Positions 37,775 through 49,204 of a stretch of DNA of 64,000 nt are shown here, one piece after another. The DNA lies in contig BROI01000001.1 in NCBI GenBank assembly GCA_027923505.1, positions 2,170,001 to 2,234,000 on the forward strand. Direction: 5' to 3'. Both the position numbers and the translations under genes were made by a program. The notes beneath the pieces are model-generated. The model made no database searches and was not told the DNA's origin. It saw nothing but the letters and a program-made list of their open reading frames with translations. The stretch is from Mayamaea pseudoterrestris. Its lineage: Eukaryota. Position 1 is the stretch's first letter; each line of letters starts with the position of its first letter.

Positions 37775-40242
37775 GCTAAAATGGGAGCAGGGCTGGCACA
37801 TTCAACCATTGGTTGAATGTGCAGAGTCTCAGGGCATGGTGATGGCTTCCACGCCCAAATGGACAAGTCTATGAGTCCCAATCATTGTTCAAGTGCATAT
37901 TGGTTGTATTATGGGGTCTGCAGGCCATTTTGGAAGTCTCACTTGCCACTTGAGGTGCACCGCTAGCAGATCCAACAAGTTGTTGGATCTGCTCAGTCTC
38001 CATGTGGCATACATGGTGATGGATGCTGAGGTGCAACTGACCAACTTATGGACCATCATTGACATTAAACATGATTGGAAAGAAATTGGAGGGCTCAGCG
38101 GGCAATGCTGATGATCCCTGCAGCCAAAATGGGCGCAAGGCTGGCACATTCAACCATTGGTTGAATGTGCGGAGTGTCAGGGCATGGTGAAGGCTTCCAC
38201 GCCCAAATGGACAAGTCTATGAGTCCCAGTCATTGTTCAAGTCCATATTGGTAGTATTATGGGGTCTGCAGGCCATTTTGGAAGTCTCACTTGCCACTTG
38301 AGGTGCACGGCTAGCAGATCCAACAAGTTGTTGGATCTGCTCAGTCTCCATGTGGCATACCGGTACATGGTGATGGATGTTTAGGTGCAACTGAAGAACT
38401 TATGGCCCATCATTGACAACAAACATGATTTGAAAGAAATTGGAGGGCTCAGCGGGCAATGCTGATGATCCCTAGAGCCAAAATGGGCGCAGGGCTGGCA
38501 CATTCAACCATTGGTTGAATGTGCGGAGTGTCAGGGCATGGTGATGGCTTCCACACCCAAATGGACAAGTCTATGAGTCCCAATCATTGTTCAAGTGCAT
38601 ATTTGTTGTATTATGGGGTCTGCAGGCCATTTTGGAAGTCTCACTTGCCACGTGAGGTGCACAGATAGCAGATCCAACAAGTTGTTGGATCTGTTCAGTC
38701 TGCATGTGGCCTACATGGTGATGGATGCTGAGATGCAACTGACCAACTTATGGCCCAACATTGACACCAAACATGATTGGAAAGAAATTGGAGGGCTCAG
38801 CGGGCAATGATGGGCGCAGGGCTGGCACATTCAACCATTGTTTGAATGTGCGGAGTGTCAGGGCATGGTAATGGCTTCCACGCCCAAATGGACAAGTCTA
38901 TAAGTCCCAATCATTGTGCAAGTCCATATTGGTTGTATTATGGGGTCTGCAGGCCAATTTGTAAGTCTTACTTGCCACTTGAGGTGCATGGCTAGCAGAT
39001 CCAACAAGTTGTTGGATCTGCTCAGTCTCCATGTGGCCTACATGGTGATGGATGCTGAGGTGCAACTGACCAACTTATGGCCCATCATTGACACCAAACA
39101 TGATTGGAAAGAAACTGGAGGGCTCAGTGGGCAATGCTGATGATCCCTGCAGCCAAAATGGGCACAGGGCTGGCACATTCAACGATTGGTTGAATGTGCG
39201 GAGTGTCAGGGCATGGTGATGGCTTCCATGCCCAAATGGACAAGTCTATGAGTCCCAACCATTGTTCAAGTCCATATTGGTAGTATTATGGGGTCTGCAG
39301 GCCATTTTGGAAGTCTCACTCGCCACTTCAGGTGCACCACTAGCAGATCCAACAAGTTGTTGGATCTGCTCAGTCTGCATGTGGCATACATGGTGATGGA
39401 TGTTTAGGTGCAACTGACCAACTTATGGCCCATCATTGACAACAAACATGATTGGAAAGAAATTGGAGGGCTCAGCGGGCAATGCTGATGATCCCTGCAG
39501 CCAAAATGGGCACAGGGCTGGCACATTCAACCATTGGTTGAATGTGCGGAGTGTCAGGGCATGGTGATGGCTTCCACACCCAAATGGACAAGTCTATGAG
39601 TCCCAGTCATTGTTCAAGTCCATATTGGTAGTATTATGGGGTCTGCAGGCCATTTTGGAAGTCTCACTCGCCACTTCAGGTGCACCACTAGCAGATCCAA
39701 CAAGTTGTTGGATCTGCTCAGTCTGCATGTGGCCTACATGGTGATGGATGCTGAGGTGCAACTGACCAACTTAAGGCCCATCATTGACAACAAACATGAT
39801 TTGAAAGAAATTGGAGGGCTCAGTGGGCAATGTTGATGATCCCTGCAGCCAAAATGGGCGCAGGGCTGGCACATTCAACCATTGGTTGAATGTGTGGAGT
39901 GTCAGGGCATGGTGAAGGCTTCCACGCCCAAAAAGACAAGTCTATGAGTCCCAATCATTGTTCCAGTCCATACTGGTTGTATTATGGGGTCTGCAGGCCA
40001 TTTTGGAAGTCTCACTTGCCACTTGAGGTGCACCGCTAGCAGATCCAACAAGTTGTTGGATCTGCTCAGTCTGCATGTGGCCTACATGGTGATGAATGCT
40101 GAGGTGCAACTGACCAACTTATGGCCCAACATTGACACCAAACATGATTTGAAAGAAATTGGAGGGCTCAGCGGGCAATGCTGATGATCCCTTCAGCCAA
40201 AATGGGCGCAAGCTGGCACATTCAACCATTGGTTGAATGTGC
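37775..40242. repeat. 348-bp tandem satellite (~7 units) with two long palindromes per unit
   Basis: Period 348 (centres 37809 and 38157). Dyads GCACATTCAACCA-T-TGGTTGAATGTGC and AGCAGATCCAACAA-G-TTGTTGGATCTGCT. Confidence 0.97.
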
Positions 40243-41380
40243 TGTAAATTTTCAAGTGCCCATACCTAGAGCCATGTGTATGCCCAAATCAAGCCTGAAT
40301 GGTGCTAACATCCTTATTTCAGGTGCGTTACAAGAAAGTTGACTGGTTGGTCCCTCAGTTGACTGCAATGTGACTGGTGAGAAGTTCTCACCAGTCTCAG
40401 CCAGCAGATGCCGTAATATTCAAATGCCCATACCTAGAGCCACATGTATGCCCAAATCAAGCCTGAATGGTGCTAACATCCTTATTTCAGGTGCGCTACA
40501 AGAAAGTCTGACTGGCCGGTCCCTCGGTTGACTGCAATGTGACTGGTGAGAAGTTCTCACCAGTCTCAGCCAGCAGATGCCGTAATTTTTTATGCCCATA
40601 CCTAGAGCCACGTGTATGCCCAAATTAAGCCAGAATGGTGCTAACATCCATATTCTAGGTGCGCTACAAGAATATTTGACTGGATGGTCCCTCGGTAGAC
40701 TGCAGTGTGATTGGTGACGACTTGTCACCAGTCTCAGCCAGCAGATGCCATTATTTTCAAATGCCCATACCTAGAGCAATGTGTATGCCCAAATCAAGCC
40801 AGAATGGTGCTAACATGCATAATTCAAGTGCTCTACCAAGAAATTTTGACTGGCTTGTGGCTCAGTAGATGGCAATGTGATTGGTGACAACTTGTCACCA
40901 GTCTCAGCCAGCAGATGCCATAATTTTCTAATGCCCATACCTAGAGCCACGTGTATGCCCAAATCATGCCAGAATGGTGCTAACATGCCTAAGTCAGGTG
41001 CGCTACAAGAAATTTTGACCGGCTTGTGGCTCAGTAGATGGCAATGTGATTGGTGACAACTTGTCACCAGTCTTAGCCAGCAGATGCCATAATTTTCTAA
41101 TGCCCATACCTAGAGCCACGTGTATGCCCAAATCATGCCAGAATGGTGCTCACATGCTTAATTCAGGTGCGCTACAAGAAATTTTGACTGGCTTGTGGCT
41201 CAGTAGATGGCAATGTGATTGGTGACAACTTGTCACCAGTCTCAGCCAGCAGATGCCATAATTTTCATATGCCCATACCTAGAGCCATGTGTATGCCCAA
41301 ATCAAGCCAGAATGGTGCTAACTTTCAGGTGCGCTACAAGATGCATTGACTGGCTGGTCAATTAGTACACTGCGTGTAGT
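40243..41380 (-). repeat. 169-bp satellite subfamily B, reverse orientation (~7 monomers)
   Basis: Reverse complement of the 19930-20640 type: TGCCCATACCTAGAGCC...TTGTCACCAGTCTCAGCC. Confidence 0.95.
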
Positions 41381-42568
41381 ATCAATTGTTTGGGGGGCAG
41401 ACACCCACACAGTAACAGTAACCAGCTCAAGGTGCTACAGTGTGAGGCCTTCATAGACTACCCCAATAGTCTTGCTCCATGAATTCTGTTTTGGCTATGC
41501 TTGGGGACACGTATGCAGTGAGATTGGTGCATAACAATCATTCCCAGCTCATGTGTAGCATCAGTTGTTTGTGAGGGCAGTGGTCCACACAGTATTCAGC
41601 TCCACAATAATACAATGTGTTGCCTTCAAAGACTACCCCCAATAGTCTTGTTCCATGAAATCCACTCTGGCTATGCTTGGAGACACGTATGCAGTGTGAT
41701 TGGTGCATAACAATCATTCCCAGTTTTTGTGTAGCATTAGTTGTTTGGGAGGGCAGAGGTCCACACAGTAACCAGCTCCATTATGCTACAGTGTGTGGCC
41801 TTCAAAGACTACCCCCAACAGTCTTGTTTCATGAATTATGATCTGTCTATGGGGACATGTATGCGGTGAGATTGTTGCACAACAATCATTCGCAGCTCAT
41901 GTGTAGCATCAGTTGTTTGGGAAGGCAGAGGTCCACACAGTAACCAGCTCCATGGTGCTACAGTGTGTGGCCTTCAAAGTCTACCCCCAAAAATAGTCTT
42001 GCTCCATGTATTATGTTCTGGTTATGCTTGGGGACACATATGCGGTGAGATTGGTGCATAACAATCATACCCAGCTCACGTGTAGCATCAGTTGCTTGTG
42101 AGGGCAGTGGTCCACACAGTATTCAGCTCCACAATAATACAATGTGTTGCCTTCAAAGACTACCCCCAATAGTCTTGTTCCATGAAATCCGCTCTGGCTA
42201 TGCTTGGAGACACGTATGCAGTGTGATTGGTGCATAACAATCATTCCCAGCTTTTGTGTAGCATTAGTTGTTTGGGAGGGCAGAGGTCCACACAGTAACC
42301 AGCTCCATTATGCTACAGTGTGTGGCCTTCAAAGACTACCCCCAACAGTCTTGTTCCATGAATTATGTTCTGGCTGTGCATGGGGACACGTATCCAGTGA
42401 GATTGGTGCATAACAATCATTCCCAGCTCATGTGTAGCCTCAGTTGTTCGGGAAGCAGATGTTTACACAGGAACCAGCTCCATGGTGCTACAGTGTGTGA
42501 TCTTCAAAGACTACCCACAATAGTCTTGTTTCCATGAAATCCGCTCTGGCTATGTTTGGGGACACATA
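41381..42568. repeat. ~176-bp tandem satellite (~7 monomers) with a 527-bp trimer repeat
   Basis: CCACACAGTA recurs at 41405, 41585, 41761, 41933, 42112 and 42288. The units at 41585 and 42112 share private variants. Confidence 0.93.
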
Positions 42569-42822
42569 CATACCTAGAGTCATGTGTATACCTGAATCAA
42601 GCCCGAACGGTGCTTACTTCCTTATTTTAGGTGCACTACAAGATGCATTGACTGGCTAGTCCCTCAGTGGACCGCAATTGGTGACGACTTGTCACCAGTC
42701 TCAGCCAGCAGATGCCATGATTTTCAAATGCCCAAATCTAGAGCCACGTGTATGCCCAAATCATGCCAGAATGGTGCTAACATCCCCATTTCAGGTGCAC
42801 TACAAGGTGAGTTGGCTGGCTT
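42569..42822 (-). repeat. Terminal degenerate 169-bp subfamily B monomers (~1.5), reverse orientation
   Basis: TTGGTGACGACTTGTCACCAGTCTCAGCCAGCAGATGCC is present. Confidence 0.88.
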
Positions 42823-43032
42823 GCAAACTTCTGGGTAAAGATTTTGGATTGTTCTTTGAGCTTATTTATGCAATTTCGTTTCAGTGTTTGAAAATTGTTG
42901 CTCCAATCAGCTTTGCCTAAGCATGTTGCATCCTTCCACCTATTTATTTCTACAAAGAATGCCAAGAGCTTATACACTATAAGATTAGTGTCAATTTAGT
43001 TCATAAATATCGTGTTGAGTAAAGACGCATCT

Positions 43033-45912
43033 TTAAAACGTCAATCTTGTACGTTCACTATTGATCCGGATCACGTTTAACCCCTCGTATTCCTCCAAAC
43101 AAGCCTGCAATTGCTGCGACGTAAAGCCCTTGCGCAGCACCATGGCTTCGCAAAGACTAATCTCCAGCTCGTTCGACCCCGACACCGTAGCAAAATCACG
43201 AATGATGTGAAACACCCGCGACATGACATCCTCACCCCGACGTCTACGTCCATTATCGTCATCATTATCTTCTAAACTAGCCTTACTCATGTGCGTCAAC
43301 CGAATCGCTTCGTCCACATCCTCCCGGGCGACAAAGTCCGAAAACCGAAGGCGGGCCAATGCTTGACTCAAGCGCAAAATGGATAAAAGCTGTCGTGCTG
43401 TCATTGACGTTTGGTCTCCCTGCTTGCGGGGTCGTCCACCAGGTCGATCCTGCATGCGAAGCGAAACATATGCTTCGACAATATAAGGTGCCACATCAGG
43501 CGGAACAACAGGCTGATGCCTTCGTGCACGGGAAATATATTCGCGCAGCACACGCGGAGGGATTACATTCTTATCGGCCCCACCATTGCGATTAGGTGCT
43601 TCATCTGTGTCTGAGTCGTCATCATCGCCCCTTGAGCGCTCCAAACCTTCGTTTTGGTGCACAAACGTAACGTGCCGAGCAAGAGCAGTGTCTTTATCAA
43701 CATCCGCCAGGTCTAGAATCAAAAACATAAGATCGAATCGACTCAACAGCGAGTTTGGAAGATTCACATTTTCAGACAACGACCTTGATCGATTATAACG
43801 TCCATACAGCGGATTTGCTGCCGCTAAAACAGCAGCGCGGGCATTCAAGGTAGCGACAATACCCGCCTTTGCAATTGACACAGTCTGCTGCTCCATGACT
43901 TCGTGAATTGCTGTGCGATCGCCTTCGTCCATTTTGTCAAATTCGTCAATGGCGCAAATACCTCGGTCAGCTAACACAAGCGCTCCTCCTTCCAATGCCA
44001 TTTCTCCTGTTGCCATGTCTTTAGTTACGGCCGCCGTTAAGCCGACGCCGGAAGAACCCTTGCCAGTCGTATAAACACCTCGCGGAGCAATTGATGCAAT
44101 CTGCTTCAAAAGCTGCATCAGAGTAAAAGGCAAGATTGAGTAACACGTAACGAAAGACAGCATGTTCACAAACTGCATATTCATTTTTACCTGGGACTTT
44201 GCCACTCCTGGATCGCCCATGAGACAAATGTTAATATCGCCTCGAATTCTCATTCCATCGGGCAGTGTTCGCGTACACCCACCCACAAGCTGCAAAAGCA
44301 GCGCTCGCTTAATATCTTCATGACCAAAGATTTCTGGCGCAATGGATCTAGCCAGTCGCCCAATCGGATCGTCGCTGCTTGTGGCAATTTCCATAATCTG
44401 TGCAGTCAGTCGCGCAACTTCTTCTTCCGATAGGCTACCATCCGCCAAGAGCGACTCGTCGTACGACTTCTTGTGCACGTGAACGTGTTGTGCCTCCAAG
44501 TATGTGGTTGTAATCAAACCAGCCTGCATTGCACGGTAGCCCGACTCAGCCAGGCGCTGTGGCAAAAAGACGCCGTCAATTGTCACCACGTCGCCCGGAA
44601 GCGCTAATCGGGTCAACTCGCCCCGACAGTAGACACTCAAACTTCGCGGTACGTGCCCCATTGGCACTTGGTTCGGCAATTCTTGGAGCTTTAATTCTTG
44701 AAACTTGCAAAATTTGCTCGCCCGCGTTTGCAAGTGCAGTGTATCAGGTTGCTTGCAGTCAGCATTGGGACAAGCACGCTGCGGCATGAACTCGCGCTTG
44801 TTCTGAACCACTTGGTAGACTTCCACGCCACATGCGTCGCACGAGTAGGCGGCCACAATCAGTGAAGGTTTCACATCGGATGCCCTAACAATCATTCCAG
44901 TAATTGTCACCAAATGTCCCATGGCCTTGGAGCGAACATTGCGAAGACTGGCACCGACCAGTGTCGATGAGCTCTTGTCAGCACTTGCACGCTTGACAAC
45001 ATGTCGATCAAACGGGGGCATTGTTCCTGGCCGCCCAAAGGGAAGGATGCGCAGCTCGTATCGTCGCAGTAGGACTGGTGGAATCATTTCCTGCGCATTC
45101 GTGCGTTGCTGCTGGTTTTGCTGCTGGTCGTCTTGTTCGAAATTGGCATTACCAGCGTAAATGTTGTTGATTCCATTGTTAGCATCCTGCTGGTCCTGCT
45201 GTTGGCGACGAATTTGGTCCTGCTGTAGTCGCTGCTCCTGTAAAATGTCAATGGGATCGCGAATGACTCCGACGCGATGAACATTGTTGCGACCAGCCGA
45301 TGGTTGCATTTGCGCGAGCGTCTGATCAATGACATTGCAAAATAGTTCTTGGTAACGCATGGTATTGATAGCGGCTCGCTGTGCCAAGTCTCCACCTTCA
45401 ATGGAAAAGTTCTTGAGCTCATCGAGTGGTACTTCAACGACAAAGGTATTCGAGGCAAACGGAGAAGATGCAGCAGCAGCCTCGCTTGGCGCTAAATGTT
45501 CGCTCTCATAGTAACGTCTATCCTTGATTCGCTGCAAATGCTGCCGATAACAAAGCTCTCGACGCGTTCCAGTCGTTGCAGACGCCGTTGGGTTGAGCAT
45601 CATGGATTCATCCTCATCGCTATCGTCCGTTCCGGCGAGTGAAACGACTGCCAGCGAAGTATGCTGCTGCAGGAATTTGGAAAAGATTTCTGTTCCAATC
45701 AATAGAGAAATTATATAGTCAGTACAATATAAGATTGAGTTTCTTCGCATCGATTAGGTTGAGGATTACTCTACCTCTCTCTCGTCCGCCAGTCTCCCTC
45801 AACATTCATCTGATCATCCCTCACCTTCATCCTTTTGATAGTCTGGATAATTGCTCAACACTGGGTCTGAAACAAGATTATCGTCATTGTCTTCACTTCG
45901 TTGGGATGCCAT
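43033..45912 (-). CDS. MCM7: DNA replication licensing factor MCM7 (introns 45690-45824 and 44113-44190)
   Basis: Walker A GDPGVAKSQ|LL, Walker B IDEFDKM, SRFD arginine finger, C4 zinc finger, KFQELKLQELPNQVPMGHVPRSL and TSMTARQLLSILRLS. Both introns are GT-AG and splicing keeps the frame (YPDYQKDE|EIFSKFL). Confidence 0.95.
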
Positions 45913-46155
45913 TACAGCAGCAGTCTCTTACTCGTAGTGTACCAGTAAAAAATGAATTTCACGCAATGGGCGCTCACTCGTGGTCATGGTGCCCGCATTG
46001 GAGGGACTGATGATGTCGCACCGCAAATGAGTGAAAACTGGTGCGACATTCAAAGCTTGACGACCATCCGATGTGCACGATAGCAATCATTCCTCTCCCT
46101 TTTGTGATACATCCTTCCTGTCATTTAAAAAGGAGAACAATCCAAATAATTTGTC

Positions 46156-46968
46156 ATGAGACACCGACTAATAGTTCTAGAGGTATTCATAATAGCTCTT
46201 AGCAGCCAGGCGTATGTCTTCGTGCATCAGAAGCAACGGACTTTTACAGGCTCGGTTGGTCCTCGCTTCGACGGTGGATCGACATTAGAGTCATCGACAG
46301 ACTCTGGCGACCTGCCTCCCGCATTGCCAGCACAGCCAGATACAAATGATATAAGACTGGAACCTTTTCTACCAGCTGCAGATTCTAACTACCGCAATGT
46401 TGGTCCTGTTGGTCATGGTGATTTCATAGTGTCACGAGAAGGAGAGCCTCGAGCGAATGAGCTCGTGAATGACAATATTCTTCGCATTGTACGAGGCAAC
46501 TGCACTGATTTGGAAGTCAATACTTTAGTCTGGAAGTGCTTGGGTTATAGATTCGCCAATGGCGCATGGAATTGTGAGAAAGTCTTCCCAAAGTGGCGCG
46601 ACAAGTATCCAGATCCACCAGACTTTATCGGCATGCAACGAGTCTACAGCAAGCAAGTGGATGAACCAAGTTTAAGGGCCAATCAACAACTCGTGCGTAG
46701 TATACCTGCCGAGCACAAGCAGCAGCTTAGACTACATTTGAAACCAATGGGATTCGATGGCTTTAAAATTGCCACGCTGACGCCAAACAAGACGCGACGA
46801 GCGCAATGCGCCAACTGGCTACTGTATTATCGGGAACATTTGTTTGGATACACGCTAGAGGACTTGATTGAACGACGAAACAGACGAGAGGATGAAAAAG
46901 CTAGTCGTCAAGTGCAGCAGCAATCGATAGACGAGGATTGGCGGCCACCGATTAAGGAAGTGTTCTAA
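46156..46968 (+). CDS. DUF1823-like protein with N-terminal signal/transit peptide (probably plastid-targeted)
   Basis: VNTLVWKCLGYR, WRDKYPDPPDFIG, RSIPAEHKQ and LTPNKTRRAQCANWLL; hydrophobic N-terminus ending SQA-Y. Confidence 0.75.
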   Translation: MRHRLIVLEVFIIALSSQAYVFVHQKQRTFTGSVGPRFDGGSTLESSTDSGDLPPALPAQPDTNDIRLEPFLPAADSNYRNVGPVGHGDFIVSREGEPRANELVNDNILRIVRGNCTDLEVNTLVWKCLGYRFANGAWNCEKVFPKWRDKYPDPPDFIGMQRVYSKQVDEPSLRANQQLVRSIPAEHKQQLRLHLKPMGFDGFKIATLTPNKTRRAQCANWLLYYREHLFGYTLEDLIERRNRREDEKASRQVQQQSIDEDWRPPIKEVF

Positions 46969-47262
46969 ATGGTGCAACGACGACACGTTACTAAATATCG
47001 CACTAACGAACATGTTGTGAAGGTATTCACTGCATTTTATGATAGACCATTTGCTAGGAATGTGTAAAAACTAATCCGTTCGGCAAGTTGCCGAGGCTCA
47101 TACGATATAATGTTTTTAAAAGAGGATTATACACCTTGCTTTTCGCTTCAGAGGTTGCTACTCCTTGAGACGACCCGTTCCGAGTCGAATTACTGATAGT
47201 TGGCAATGCTGCACTTACAGATACATTTGCCTCGTTTTGCTAGAGTAATCTGTAACAAAAGT

Positions 47263-48084
47263 CTACGCCGCCCGCGACCCCATGCGCGTCTCGAGCGGCC
47301 GCTTTTGCATGTGCGAAAAGTCGAGTGTATGGGCAATCGTTTGCGTAGTATTCTTGGCAGCGCACGCACAATCCTCGTCGTCACTTGCTAAATCACCAGA
47401 GCACTCACTGCCGGCATCATCGTCGGCGAGGTCAAACTGGTTTGTGTATGATGGTTCGTGCGTCGATGGTCCGTTGAGCGAAAGACTTGAAACGAAGAGA
47501 GCCTTGCTAAGCTGCAGTAACGTTGGCGGAGGAGGCCGTTGAGGGGAAGGGGAATCTGACGAAGCAGACGTTTTGTGTGTGATTGCTGCTTGGATCGGCT
47601 GCTTAGGGATCGGTTTTGGCTCTGGTTGCTGCAACGGCGGCCTCTTGGGTCTAAATACAGACTTGCGTCCCAAATTGACCAGTGAATCGCGGCAGAAGCT
47701 CTCTACATCATCATCATCCCTGCTACTGTCGCTCTCGTCGTCCGTCGCGGCCGTGGAACGAGCTGCTGGTGTTCGATGACGCCGAGGCGGATGTGGTTGA
47801 TCCTTTGCTGCCAAGGAATTCTTGCCAAAGCTTTCCATGTCACTCTCGTCGTCGTCACTGTTATGCATCGCCAAGGCAGAATCTTTGCAATAGCTGGATA
47901 GTGCACCGTTTGTCGGCGATTCTGTCGAGAGAGCTGTGGATGGCGCAGGATTGCGAGGGCAAGATGGACGCTGGCCAGCGACAGAATCCTTGCAAAAGCT
48001 GTCGTCGTCAAAGTCGCCCCAACTGCTGCTGCTGCTTTCGGAAGAGCTGGAAGAGTCGTGTCGTTCGTAAAGGTTCAAGTTCAT
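47263..48084 (-). CDS. Hypothetical low-complexity acidic/Ser-rich protein
   Basis: 273-aa ATG ORF with four repeats of an S-F-C-K-D-S-like motif. Confidence 0.6.
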   Translation of the reverse strand: MNLNLYERHDSSSSSESSSSSWGDFDDDSFCKDSVAGQRPSCPRNPAPSTALSTESPTNGALSSYCKDSALAMHNSDDDESDMESFGKNSLAAKDQPHPPRRHRTPAARSTAATDDESDSSRDDDDVESFCRDSLVNLGRKSVFRPKRPPLQQPEPKPIPKQPIQAAITHKTSASSDSPSPQRPPPPTLLQLSKALFVSSLSLNGPSTHEPSYTNQFDLADDDAGSECSGDLASDDEDCACAAKNTTQTIAHTLDFSHMQKRPLETRMGSRAA

Positions 48085-49204
48085 GGTGCTTGGTCGTTCA
48101 GTCTTGATTCAGCAGCTATCCTCTTGCTTACGAGTACTGGTGATTGTATAATGCATTGAAGCGAACAGCAGTTGGATGCTGGATCATCGGAAGCGTTTGT
48201 TGCAAGTAACCAATGGGAATAAACGACGACTAACCGGCATGCCAGCCCACGATTGCCACCAAGAAGGTCAACAGTAAGGAAGGAGCCCACTGTGATGGCT
48301 TAATTCAAATTATGGTCACTGACTCATTTCTACGACTTGGCAATTCAAGAGGCACGACCAGGGCAATAGCCATAATATCAACCCATCGGCGGTTTCCCCA
48401 TTGGAAACTACTCGCGAAAGAGGAAACATGGCGCCACGCCATCACGTTAACCAAAAGGGAGTACTTGATTATATATCTCAATCGACGTATAGTCTGTTGC
48501 TGTTTTATGGGCAGAATTGCTGCAGAAGAGCCGAGCCAAGGCAGCAGCAGCAGCAGCGGCACGATCGAATACACGTTTTCAGCCAAGGAGTCGTGCGTTC
48601 ACCAAATATGTGACGTCAATAGTGTAAATTCAAACTGCATCTTGTTTCACAGTGAGCGTTAAAGTACTTTTTACTTCAAAATCCGCACCCATGACGGAAT
48701 ATATTTATCTCCTCATATTTACTCTCTCTTCGCGTGTACAGTATTTCACATCATCGCTCGCCGATTGTGCCACTAGTACGATTACGATGAAAGCGGATCT
48801 CAACTTTTGATATCCATACCGGTTGCGTCAAAGTACAATATGTATTGAACTCACTTGGCCGATTGTGCCAGAGTACGCCCACAAATGAAACGCAATGTCG
48901 ATTTTATCGCCTCGGGTCTCGGTATCACACGGCATTTTCGCGAAATATAGAGCTTTTAGAGATCCAGAAATGCATATCATCGCTCGAATGCACAATTATT
49001 CCAGGCAAGCGCAAGTTCAAAGGTACGAATTGGTGTGCAAGAAGGAGTACAAAATAAGATACGAATCGCCTCGTCAATGTCTTTTCAGTGTATCACATTT
49101 ATAAAAGCGTTGCATGATTTTCTGTTTGAGTCATTGAACGAACGAAATCACCAACAAATGGTTCAAACACAACAATGTAAGCTTTAAATCTATAAAGTCT
49201 TTCA

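Noticed and set aside
1..42822. Tandem 5S rRNA, tRNA or snRNA gene arrays
   Set aside because: I recognise no 5S, cloverleaf or snRNA motifs in any monomer. An Rfam/Infernal scan would settle it.
37889..42920. Short ORFs in the 348-, 176- and reverse 169-bp arrays
   Set aside because: They are repeat-derived, broken by stops in sister units, and show no protein features.
48300..49200. Short ORFs between the hypothetical gene and the ARM gene
   Set aside because: No motifs or coding signal; treated as intergenic.
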